Source of the DNA: Polynucleobacter victoriensis | GTDB lineage: Bacteria > Pseudomonadota > Gammaproteobacteria > Burkholderiales > Burkholderiaceae | DNA: 32,000 nucleotides | Assembly: GCF_900187875.1 (NCBI RefSeq) | Contig: NZ_FYEX01000001.1 | Span: forward strand, 502,614-534,613 | Reading direction: 5' to 3' | In this document: positions 9,522-16,975 of the stretch, one piece after another | Numbering within the stretch: the stretch's first letter is position 1 | Layout: every line of letters begins with the position of its first letter | Notes under the pieces: model-generated | What the model was told of the DNA's origin: nothing | The model's input: the letters and a program-made list of their open reading frames with translations, nothing else | The model's database searches: none | Translations under genes and position numbers: made by a program

Positions 9522-10607
9522 CTAAGAACCAGTCGAAATAAGATACCCAGTTCTAGTCCGATTAAGTGACATTATTTGATCTATCAAAAGTGTTAATTCT
9601 GCTATTTCACTAGGTGTCATTGATAAGGAATCTTCAATACCATCTTCCGAATGTTCTTTTCTTAATTGTTCACTACGACGCCAGTTTTTAAGAACCCAAG
9701 TAGTTTCATCAATCACCTCTGAATCATCTAATTCAAATCCAATCTTATATCTCAAATAAGACTTATTGAAACACCAGTCATTTCCACCTTTTGTAATGTA
9801 AGTTGAAATATCCTTTAGATTCCTATCCGTTGTTTTACCTTTACCTCCAAATGATTCACTTAATTTTTTAATTTCAATCTGTCTAGGTGCTTTAGACCAT
9901 TGTTTTGACTTTCTCAAACTATCATTAAACAAAGTGAAGGTTTCTTCTTTAGTAGAGAGTAGTACTCCATGAAAGTGAATTAAAAAAAGACTATCTTCAT
10001 TTCTATAGATTGAATTCTTGATGTCGGTAGCCAGCACATCACACACACCAAGTTTTCTTTTTTCTGAATTTGTATTTTTACCAACTCGCTGAATTTCTTT
10101 CATCATTTTTAATGAGATAACTTCACATTCAACAACACCAACACACCATAATCCTCTATGAAGTTTTAATTTCTTTAAAAGTTCTGTCTTCATTTTTTTA
10201 ACAGCACCTAAAGCAGACTTATGATTTACTTCTGTTACAGAATCAATCAAAGTAAAAAATCGTAGATGTGAAGAGGCAAGCCCACAATCATTTGGTTTTG
10301 GAATTTGTTTACGAATCTTTAACGGTAACTTAGACCAGCTATCAATCTTTGACTTCTTAAATTTATTCCACTTGTTGATATATCGATCAGCCAATCTTTT
10401 ACTATGAACTTTATGAATATCAGTCGAAAGTAAAGTTTTATTAACTAAATCTAGTCTTTCAATTAAAGCGAGCGAGCGTCTTAACTTAATAGAATTATGT
10501 GAACCAGCCACAAATTGATACTTCATCGCTTCTCGTGAAATGGCTTTCATCATTCCGTGAGAATCTTTACGAAGTCTTTCCAAATCAATTTGTTTATTTT
10601 CTTTCAT
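9522..10607 (-). CDS. putative rolling-circle (HUH) replication initiator-like protein
   Basis: 361 aa with the three RCR Rep motifs in canonical order. Motif I is RFFTLID (aa 116-122), motif II LIHFHGVLL (H211/H213), motif III DISTYITK (Y270, K273, acidic D266 at -4). Confidence 0.5.
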   Translation of the reverse strand: MKENKQIDLERLRKDSHGMMKAISREAMKYQFVAGSHNSIKLRRSLALIERLDLVNKTLLSTDIHKVHSKRLADRYINKWNKFKKSKIDSWSKLPLKIRKQIPKPNDCGLASSHLRFFTLIDSVTEVNHKSALGAVKKMKTELLKKLKLHRGLWCVGVVECEVISLKMMKEIQRVGKNTNSEKRKLGVCDVLATDIKNSIYRNEDSLFLIHFHGVLLSTKEETFTLFNDSLRKSKQWSKAPRQIEIKKLSESFGGKGKTTDRNLKDISTYITKGGNDWCFNKSYLRYKIGFELDDSEVIDETTWVLKNWRRSEQLRKEHSEDGIEDSLSMTPSEIAELTLLIDQIMSLNRTRTGYLISTGS

Positions 10608-10718
10608 AATTCAAATCGTAACATTTACCTTACTCCCTCCTTTACATATATTTATTCATTATTTTTACTTTGGTAAAAAAACTCCTAAATAAAAAAACCA
10701 CAAAAAAACGGAGTTAGC

Positions 10719-10916
10719 GTGAACAACAATCCTTTAATTAGAAATCAAATACTAGGAATTAGAGCTACGGAGAGTTTCGTTAATAAATTTGATGAGCTCT
10801 GTGTTCGACTCGGTCATAACCGTTCAGAGGTCGTTAGATACTGTCTAAAACGCTTTCTAAACGAACATTGGAACAATTCAGAGAACTTTCAAAGAGCCAG
10901 AAAGGAGATGTTCTGA
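10719..10916 (+). CDS. ribbon-helix-helix (CopG/Arc-like) DNA-binding protein
   Basis: 65 aa, GTG start with GGAG 5 nt upstream. Pattern ILGIRATESFVNKFDELCVRLGHNRSEVVRYCLKRFL fits a beta-strand plus two helices. Divergent from the Rep-like gene. Confidence 0.5.
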   Translation: MNNNPLIRNQILGIRATESFVNKFDELCVRLGHNRSEVVRYCLKRFLNEHWNNSENFQRARKEMF

Positions 10917-11092
10917 TGATGAGCTTTGTTGAATGGATTGAATTTAATAAGAAAAAGGTAAAGAAAAATGTCGGATCAACTAGCCAATCAAATCAACAAA
11001 ACGGGTCTACTGATATCGAAAGAAAAGTTGATCGAGACAATAAAACGATCTACACAACAGTCGTTCACAATAAGTCAGAGTCAGAATACTAG
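10916..11092 (+). CDS. hypothetical small protein
   Basis: ATG at 10916 overlaps the upstream TGA (TGATG), with AAAGGAGA 7 nt upstream. 58 aa, K/N/S-rich. Weak coding evidence. Confidence 0.3.
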   Translation: MMSFVEWIEFNKKKVKKNVGSTSQSNQQNGSTDIERKVDRDNKTIYTTVVHNKSESEY

Positions 11093-11118
11093 GACTATCG
11101 TGGTGGTGATTAAGTAAA

Positions 11119-11445
11119 TCAATCCAACCCACAAGCAAATGGTATGTTTTTACCATCATCCATGATTGAATAAAGTAAGCGTTTACCATTTCTTGTATCA
11201 ATTTTTACATTGAGGGTTTCTCTTACCCCAGTGTCATCAATAACAGATATAGTATTTTTATCAAGAACCGTAATTTTTCCTATTAGATAATTATCGGATT
11301 TGAGTTTAATTTCCCCGTCAACAATAGCCACACGATCGCCACCCAAAGTTGTACAGTTATTTTGATTCAAAAATAGGTCAGAGTTACTAGTCTTTTGGAC
11401 ACACCCCACCAAAAACAAAGAACCAATTATAAAAATATATTTCAT
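11119..11445 (-). CDS. putative lipoprotein, unknown function
   Basis: Starting at MKYIFIIGSLFLVGC gives a signal peptide plus lipobox (LVGC). This ATG lies 1 nt after the stop of the upstream gene (TGA-T-ATG). Confidence 0.55.
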   Translation of the reverse strand: MKYIFIIGSLFLVGCVQKTSNSDLFLNQNNCTTLGGDRVAIVDGEIKLKSDNYLIGKITVLDKNTISVIDDTGVRETLNVKIDTRNGKRLLYSIMDDGKNIPFACGLD

Positions 11446-11446
11446 A

Positions 11447-12226
11447 TCAACTAGCCAATGGACTATTTTCACCAAGCAAAAAAGCGTTATATGTATAAAG
11501 CTTATCTAATGGGTAGCCTGAATATTCCGAGAAACTCTTTAATCCATCAATGATAAATTTTGAATAATGTTTGTCATTCATTTTTAATGTGACATCCTTA
11601 TTCAATAAGCTTAATTCAGACATCATCTCTATAGATAAATTGTTGGAATCAGGATTTTTACCAATGATTTTCATCATTCTCATAATTTTAGTTTCATGAG
11701 GTTCATGTTCACCATAAAATAGACAAAACTTAAGAACCCTCCCAATCTGTAAAGCTATATCAACATCAACATCCTCTGAGTAAGTAGGGTCAGCTCTATC
11801 AATACCCCTATAAACATGACCAATTACATAGAAAAGCAAACCCTGATCAATGGGTATTGAACTAATCGGGAAATAAGCTGAAGAGGTCACCTCATCCCAA
11901 TGTTTGTCACAATAATCCAGCCATGTATCAAATACCTCAAAAACAAAATTCATGTCTAAATTAACTTGACCATCAACAATAGAATAAACTTTTCCCAACT
12001 CAACTTGTGACTGATCAACCCAAGTAATTTTTCCAAATGAATTTGAAATCAAAAGCTCTGAATCGGACATTCCAAAACCATCATCTTCATCAAAACTATA
12101 ATTCGACGAACCTATAACTTGGTTTTTGAAGACACAAGCACCATCTTGTACAAATTTCTCTAATTCACATGAAATATTTTTAGCTGAACTTAAGTCCCAG
12201 TTATTACATTGAAGAAGTTGTTCCAT
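11447..12226 (-). CDS. hypothetical protein (259 aa, acidic, cytoplasmic)
   Basis: Long ORF translationally coupled to the lipoprotein gene. No motif recognised. Confidence 0.5.
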   Translation of the reverse strand: MEQLLQCNNWDLSSAKNISCELEKFVQDGACVFKNQVIGSSNYSFDEDDGFGMSDSELLISNSFGKITWVDQSQVELGKVYSIVDGQVNLDMNFVFEVFDTWLDYCDKHWDEVTSSAYFPISSIPIDQGLLFYVIGHVYRGIDRADPTYSEDVDVDIALQIGRVLKFCLFYGEHEPHETKIMRMMKIIGKNPDSNNLSIEMMSELSLLNKDVTLKMNDKHYSKFIIDGLKSFSEYSGYPLDKLYTYNAFLLGENSPLAS

Positions 12227-12240
12227 AAATCAATTCCTTT

Positions 12241-13482
12241 CTATTTCACAGTCTTAAAACTATGTAACTCTTTAAGACCCATCAAATTCGTTAGTCGGGA
12301 AGCATAATGTTTCTCAATCATAGCCTGTGATGTACGAGCATTTTTAGCCAGTTGTAATGTGTTGACATTACCCAACTGTAATCTAAACATGATGGCTGAA
12401 TGTCGTAATGAATAAAGAGTGTGTTTTTCACCTTCACCAGTGATTCCAGCCTCTTCAACAATCTTTCTGAATAACCGACTCAGAATATTCATCATCGTAT
12501 TTCTATTTTTGTATTCAGGTAAGAAAAGATAGTCTGTGTTTTTACCGAATCCCCTTTTCTTTTGGTAATCAGACAACTTCTTATAAACCCCTTCAGCTCC
12601 ATACATACTCACCACCTCTTGATCTGTAGTCTTCGTGGCTGGGTGACTTAACAAAAGGTATTTGTTGTACTTGGGATTAGGTTCATCAGGATTAATCATT
12701 ACCTTAATGTGTTGATGTTTTAGAACACGAAGGTCACTCGGTCTAATAAATGTATTCACCATGAACTGAATCAAATATCTCATCTCTTCAGTAATTAATA
12801 CCCCACGAACTTTTTCTTGTTTTTTAACTAGCTTATCAACCGTATCAGTGAGTGTCTTATATTCTTTCTGGTCGAAATAATCCCTCTTCGTAACCGATGT
12901 GGTCTTACCTTTGATTCTTGGGAAATTCGGAATCGACTGAATCAAACGATTATCAGAAGCAAATTTGAGAATTTTTCTTAAAACGATGATGTAGTGATTA
13001 ACAGTGGCTGGTGATAGTCCACGATTTTGGAGTTTCTTAATGAGGTCAGAAATATCTGAATTTGAAACCTCACCAATGTCTTTTTCACCAAAATGAGGGA
13101 TTAGTTCTTTTTTGAACCTATTTGAATCGTCTTTGTATACCCGACTTCCAGCCGTATTAATGGACTCCAAATAAGCTATTCCGACATTACTGAAGGTACG
13201 ACTCTTGGGAGCCTTTGATTGACCCGTACGAACACCCACCAGCGAGTCCTCGTAGAACTTTTTAGCTAGATTGATAGCTTCTTTACGACTTTCAGTTTTC
13301 AAACTTCGGACCTTGTAGGATCCGTTGATGTAAACACGAGACCAATAGTACCGAGAACAATAAACCTTAAAGAATTTGAGTTTGGTTGGATAACCAGGAA
13401 CCGTCTCCACCGTATCGGGTATAGGAATAGCTCCACTACCTTTAGGTTTTATTTTTATAGGTTTTTTCGGTTTGGTAGTCAA
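12241..13482 (-). CDS. int: tyrosine-type site-specific integrase (element 1)
   Basis: 413 aa (TTG start). Catalytic signature FIRPSDLRVL (R), HTLYSLRHSAIM (H-x-x-R), AMIEKHYASRL (H...Y). Adjacent to the tRNA 3'-end repeat. Confidence 0.9.
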   Translation of the reverse strand: MTTKPKKPIKIKPKGSGAIPIPDTVETVPGYPTKLKFFKVYCSRYYWSRVYINGSYKVRSLKTESRKEAINLAKKFYEDSLVGVRTGQSKAPKSRTFSNVGIAYLESINTAGSRVYKDDSNRFKKELIPHFGEKDIGEVSNSDISDLIKKLQNRGLSPATVNHYIIVLRKILKFASDNRLIQSIPNFPRIKGKTTSVTKRDYFDQKEYKTLTDTVDKLVKKQEKVRGVLITEEMRYLIQFMVNTFIRPSDLRVLKHQHIKVMINPDEPNPKYNKYLLLSHPATKTTDQEVVSMYGAEGVYKKLSDYQKKRGFGKNTDYLFLPEYKNRNTMMNILSRLFRKIVEEAGITGEGEKHTLYSLRHSAIMFRLQLGNVNTLQLAKNARTSQAMIEKHYASRLTNLMGLKELHSFKTVK

Positions 13483-13497
13483 AATAGGACTCGAACG

Positions 13498-13521
13498 ACT
13501 TTAGTGGTTACTTTAGTGGTT
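13498..13521 (+). repeat. tandem 12-mer ACTTTAGTGGTT x2
   Basis: Two perfect head-to-tail copies. The same 12-mer forms the 3' arm of the terminator hairpin at 7951-7962 and 30823-30834. Confidence 0.85.
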
Positions 13522-13587
13522 TTAGTATACCTCCCTTTATAGCCTTTAGGAATAAGGTTCTAAAAACCTATCCAACGGATTGGTCTT

Positions 13588-13632
13588 CTTTTAATCCGTT
13601 GGTCGCGAGTTCGAATCTCGCCCGACCCACCA
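13588..13632 (+). repeat. direct repeat copy 2 (tRNA-Lys 3' 45 nt; junction between the two elements)
   Basis: CTTTTAATCCGTTGGTCGCGAGTTCGAATCTCGCCCGACCCACCA, 44/45 identical to 7860-7904. Confidence 0.9.
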
Positions 13633-13650
13633 CAAATTTGTATTAGAAAC

Positions 13651-13681
13651 AATGACTTGCTAACCGCAAGTCATTTTTTTT
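13651..13681 (+). terminator. rho-independent terminator-like hairpin after the partial tRNA copy
   Basis: AATGACTTGC-TAACC-GCAAGTCATT followed by a T-run. It differs from the hairpin after the intact tRNA. Confidence 0.65.
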
Positions 13682-13702
13682 GCTTATTTTTTGTACAAAT
13701 TT

Positions 13703-13722
13703 CAATCGCACACCAATCGCAC
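13703..13722 (+). repeat. CAATCGCAC x2 (11-bp spacing), candidate integrase arm-type sites, left end
   Basis: Copies at 13703-13711 and 13714-13722. The same motif occurs twice at 30652-30674 near the other end, in the same orientation. Confidence 0.6.
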
Positions 13723-13789
13723 GGTTCAATTATTTGCTGTTTATCAAAATCTTCTATAAACTGTAGCTAATAACTTAAAGCCCTTATAG

Positions 13790-15172
13790 ATGCGAGCTAC
13801 AGCCGACTCCACGGTCATCCTAAGACCCCATGAACTGCGCCTAAAGCGCCGTTCAGATTCCAGCATCTGGCAAATTCATTACAAAATTGGCTCTAGGAAA
13901 AAGTGGCTGCGAATCACCAGCAAAACAAGCAATTTGGCTGATGCCAAGAAGATTGCTGAAGACCTATTTCATGAAGCACGAGTATTAGAGAAGCGCGGCT
14001 TATCGGTGGTTAGTAAAAAGTTCAAAGCAGTTGCTGAAGTTGTTAGCGGCAACCTCAAAGCGCAAGTAAAAGCTGGCACGGGCAAAAAGAGCTATGCAGA
14101 CTACTATCGCGCAATCGATAGCTACCTTACTCCATTCTTTGGCAACTATCACGTAGATAACATCACCCCCGCCCTGATTTCTGACTTTCATCGCTGGCGC
14201 ACTGAAAAGGTTGGTTACGAATTAAAAGCTTCTACGCAAAATAATCACAATGCCGCTCTTAATTGCGTTTTTGATTACGCAGTTGAGCAAGGCTATATGA
14301 GTGAGAGCCAAAGACCTAGCACCAAGAACACCGGTGAAGCTACAGAAGTTCGCGGCATCTTTAGCACCGACGAGTTAATTGAACTGCAACAATTCATTCA
14401 CAAGTGGTCAGCGCAAGGACGAGCAACTAAGACTCGTTACTTACGGGAACTGCTAGGCCTATATGTGACTTTTATTGCTTGCACTGGAGTGCGGCCAGGG
14501 ACAGAAACAAAAAACTTGAAATGGAAGCATATTGAGTTTATTCAAAAACCTAGTATGCGCATTATTCACGTTACCGTACCTGAAGGTAAGCGAGGTAGCC
14601 GGGAGCTTGTTGCTCGCAATGAGCTTTGGCCATTGTTAGATAAGCTACGCGAACTACAGCCAGAATACAAAGATTTAACACTGGAACAATTAATTGCCAA
14701 AAAAGAAGATAAACATATCTTCCGTATGCGCGATGGCACTTTGCCATATAACCTAGTCAATGCGTTTGGGGACTGCCTCAAGGAGTCGGGTTTAGACAAA
14801 GGTGATAAGGATGGCAAACCCAGAAGTTTATATAGTCTGCGTCACTACTATGCAACTCAACGAGTTCTAGAGGGAATTAGCTTTGGATTGCTAGCAAAGC
14901 AAATGGGCACCTCAATTCTCATGATTGAGCGTCATTACAGCCACCTCAGACCTTTAATGGTGGCCGAACAACTTGCCGGCGTGATTCCAAGCAATCAAGA
15001 AGCACAAACGGATGAGATTCTTCGGTTTATGAATCCAAGTCCAGTGCGTAATGATGTGATTAGCTTGGTTGGCGCAAGTACTGGCATCTACTTGCCATTG
15101 GTTGAAGCAAACGCCAGGGCCACCAAAGAACTTAAAGATGAACTTAACAAAGCAGTAAGCAAGGCGGCGTAA
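13790..15172 (+). CDS. int: tyrosine-type site-specific integrase (element 2)
   Basis: 460 aa. GVRPGTETKNL (R), SLYSLRHYYATQ (H-x-x-R), LMIERHYSHL (H...Y). Located 158 bp downstream of the tRNA 3'-end repeat. Confidence 0.9.
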   Translation: MRATADSTVILRPHELRLKRRSDSSIWQIHYKIGSRKKWLRITSKTSNLADAKKIAEDLFHEARVLEKRGLSVVSKKFKAVAEVVSGNLKAQVKAGTGKKSYADYYRAIDSYLTPFFGNYHVDNITPALISDFHRWRTEKVGYELKASTQNNHNAALNCVFDYAVEQGYMSESQRPSTKNTGEATEVRGIFSTDELIELQQFIHKWSAQGRATKTRYLRELLGLYVTFIACTGVRPGTETKNLKWKHIEFIQKPSMRIIHVTVPEGKRGSRELVARNELWPLLDKLRELQPEYKDLTLEQLIAKKEDKHIFRMRDGTLPYNLVNAFGDCLKESGLDKGDKDGKPRSLYSLRHYYATQRVLEGISFGLLAKQMGTSILMIERHYSHLRPLMVAEQLAGVIPSNQEAQTDEILRFMNPSPVRNDVISLVGASTGIYLPLVEANARATKELKDELNKAVSKAA

Positions 15173-15222
15173 ATCATGAATACACCCCACTTTGCTCAAT
15201 ACCTCACGGCTATGGTGATCTG

Positions 15223-15696
15223 ATGACCCCATTTATTCAAACTTTCTTTGAACGCAAAGCCAATAGTGCCTTAAAACAGAGCCTAGAGCGAGCTTGTGAT
15301 TTATCGCATTTCAAACAAGTGAAGACTAGATTAGATAGCGGCGAGGATTTGACCAAGGAGTTGCCACAACTCAAGAAACTGTCTAGAAAAGATGCCCTAG
15401 AAGCAGTGAAGACTTTGATTAAGCGCTGCGATACGGATTTAAATGACTATTGGACTTTGCCTAAAGCCGCAAAAGCCAAGTTAACGGTCACGCATAAGTC
15501 ATATAAAGGGGAATTGGTACCTAGGTTTACTGCGATATATGGGTTTAATACAAAACTAGGTCAAGTAGAGATCAAAGTAACCACTCAAGGTCGATATGTC
15601 TTTGTCTCACCTAGTGCAAAGGATGTAAAAAAGGCCAACATAGAGCTGGCCTTTAGGGATGTTGAAAAACAGTTAAGCTTAGCTGGATATGCCTGA
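15223..15696 (+). CDS. hypothetical protein (157 aa)
   Basis: ORF with normal composition directly after the integrase. No motif recognised. Confidence 0.45.
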   Translation: MTPFIQTFFERKANSALKQSLERACDLSHFKQVKTRLDSGEDLTKELPQLKKLSRKDALEAVKTLIKRCDTDLNDYWTLPKAAKAKLTVTHKSYKGELVPRFTAIYGFNTKLGQVEIKVTTQGRYVFVSPSAKDVKKANIELAFRDVEKQLSLAGYA

Positions 15697-15737
15697 AATG
15701 ATGTTATTTTTTATAACTAAAAAATATAGGAAATATT

Positions 15738-16412
15738 ATGTTTGGAATGTCTGAGCAGCAACTTAATATATGGCAAGAGTATATTGAAGAGATAGGAGAA
15801 GATCATTTTTACTACCTTCCAGCGGAAGGGAGTGATTTTCCAATAATTTATTCACGCTTCTTTTGCGGCATTGATAGGTCATTAATTGACCCTGAAGGCA
15901 CTAAAAGATCCGCTGAAATTGCAATAGCTCGATCAAAAATTAACAGCTCTATACTTAAAAAACCAATTCTCTCATCAAAAGATGCATTTGAATTAGTCTC
16001 AACGGTAACACCCCAATTCTATGATCAAGAAATTTTAATGCTGCTTGAGGAATGTCAAACATCAATGACTTTGCAAGAACATTGGGAATTCTTAATTGAG
16101 TGCTGGACAGAGCAAGAACTGACAACCGATGGCATTAGAAAAGAAAATTGGGAAAAGATATTTAGATTTCATCCCTCCTTACCTGAATTAATAGCAGTAC
16201 TTCCTGATGAATTTACGGCATATAGAGCAGGAGAACTTAGTGGATATAGCTGGACGCTAGATAGGAATGTTGCGCAAAAATTTCAACAAAGGTTTGCATT
16301 GAATTTTGGAGATGTTCCACTTCAATCAAGAAAATTTACAAAGCAAGAAGCTTTGTTTTATACCAACAGGAGAAACGAGCAAGAAGTAGTTATCATTCCA
16401 AAAAATCTTTAA
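15738..16412 (+). CDS. hypothetical protein with possible minimal ADP-ribosyltransferase-like C-terminal domain
   Basis: 224 aa. C-terminal pattern FTAYRAG (R163), SGYSWTLDRNVAQKF (S168/S171-W-T), RRNEQEVVIIP (E214-Q-E216). More AT-rich than its neighbours. Confidence 0.45.
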   Translation: MFGMSEQQLNIWQEYIEEIGEDHFYYLPAEGSDFPIIYSRFFCGIDRSLIDPEGTKRSAEIAIARSKINSSILKKPILSSKDAFELVSTVTPQFYDQEILMLLEECQTSMTLQEHWEFLIECWTEQELTTDGIRKENWEKIFRFHPSLPELIAVLPDEFTAYRAGELSGYSWTLDRNVAQKFQQRFALNFGDVPLQSRKFTKQEALFYTNRRNEQEVVIIPKNL

Positions 16413-16975
16413 ATTAACTCGACAGCGTTACGCAATATGTCTGGCCTAGTGTCAATATAACGCTGGGTAGTACTCATTTGACTATGCCCCGCTAGCTGCA
16501 TCATTACCCGCACAGATACACCCTTTTCACTTAGTTTGGTTAAAAACCCTCTGCGTCCACTATGGGTCGTTGCCCCATTTAATCCCGCTTGTCTATATAA
16601 GCCATTAACCACGTGAGTTAGAGTATTTGGCGTAAAACCTGATGATCTTTGAGTGGGAAATAATGGTTTATTCAGGCTTTTCGGTGGATAAGTGGCAATG
16701 TAATGGGCTAATTCAGCTTGCATACGCTCGGATAACAAAACCACCCTACTTTTACTACCCTTGGTTTGACTGGCTGCCAAGTGAATCTCACTTAATACCT
16801 GGTTATCGCTGCTTAAAACGTCGCAGTAGCGCACACTAGCCACCTCTCCTATACGCATACCAGCTAAATGCGTTAATAGCAGTATTGCGCGATTACGCAG
16901 CCCTGCTTTAGTCGTTGCTGCATAGTTCAATGCTTTTTCTAGCTCACTATCACTTAATGTTCTTGCTTGTGCCAT
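16409..16975 (-). CDS. small tyrosine recombinase (about 188 aa, FimB/FimE-sized)
   Basis: Start at MAQARTL (ATG 16975) preceded by GGAGGA. GMRIGEVASV (R), THSGRRGFLTKL (H-x-x-R), GHSQMSTTQRYI (H...Y). No N-terminal arm-binding domain. Confidence 0.85.
   Translation of the reverse strand: MAQARTLSDSELEKALNYAATTKAGLRNRAILLLTHLAGMRIGEVASVRYCDVLSSDNQVLSEIHLAASQTKGSKSRVVLLSERMQAELAHYIATYPPKSLNKPLFPTQRSSGFTPNTLTHVVNGLYRQAGLNGATTHSGRRGFLTKLSEKGVSVRVMMQLAGHSQMSTTQRYIDTRPDILRNAVELI

Larger units (their letters stand above)
7905..13632. mobile_element. integrated element 1 (about 5.7 kb) in tRNA-Lys
   Basis: Bounded by the tRNA 3'-end repeats at 7860-7904 and 13588-13632. Contains a tyrosine integrase next to the right repeat, a serine recombinase and a Rep-like gene. 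Confidence 0.75.

Noticed and set aside
10868-10915. N-terminal extension (MEQFRELSKSQKGDVL) of the 74-aa ORF, overlapping the RHH gene in another frame
   Set aside because: The ATG at 10916 has a proper RBS and a TGATG stop-start overlap. The extension would require a 49-nt out-of-frame overlap.
11007-11201. 64-aa minus-strand ORF bridging two genes
   Set aside because: It overlaps the 3' end of the lipoprotein gene and the small plus-strand ORF. It has no RBS and a hydrophobic/His-rich nonsense-like sequence.
14000-15232. Three minus-strand ORFs (14000-14191, 14566-14817, 14954-15232) within or overlapping the element-2 integrase gene
   Set aside because: They are antisense shadows of a gene with clear catalytic motifs. 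Ser/Leu/Arg-rich composition is typical of such artefacts.
16642-16839. 65-aa ORF antisense to the small tyrosine recombinase
   Set aside because: Shadow ORF inside a gene with a clear R...H-x-x-R...H...Y signature.
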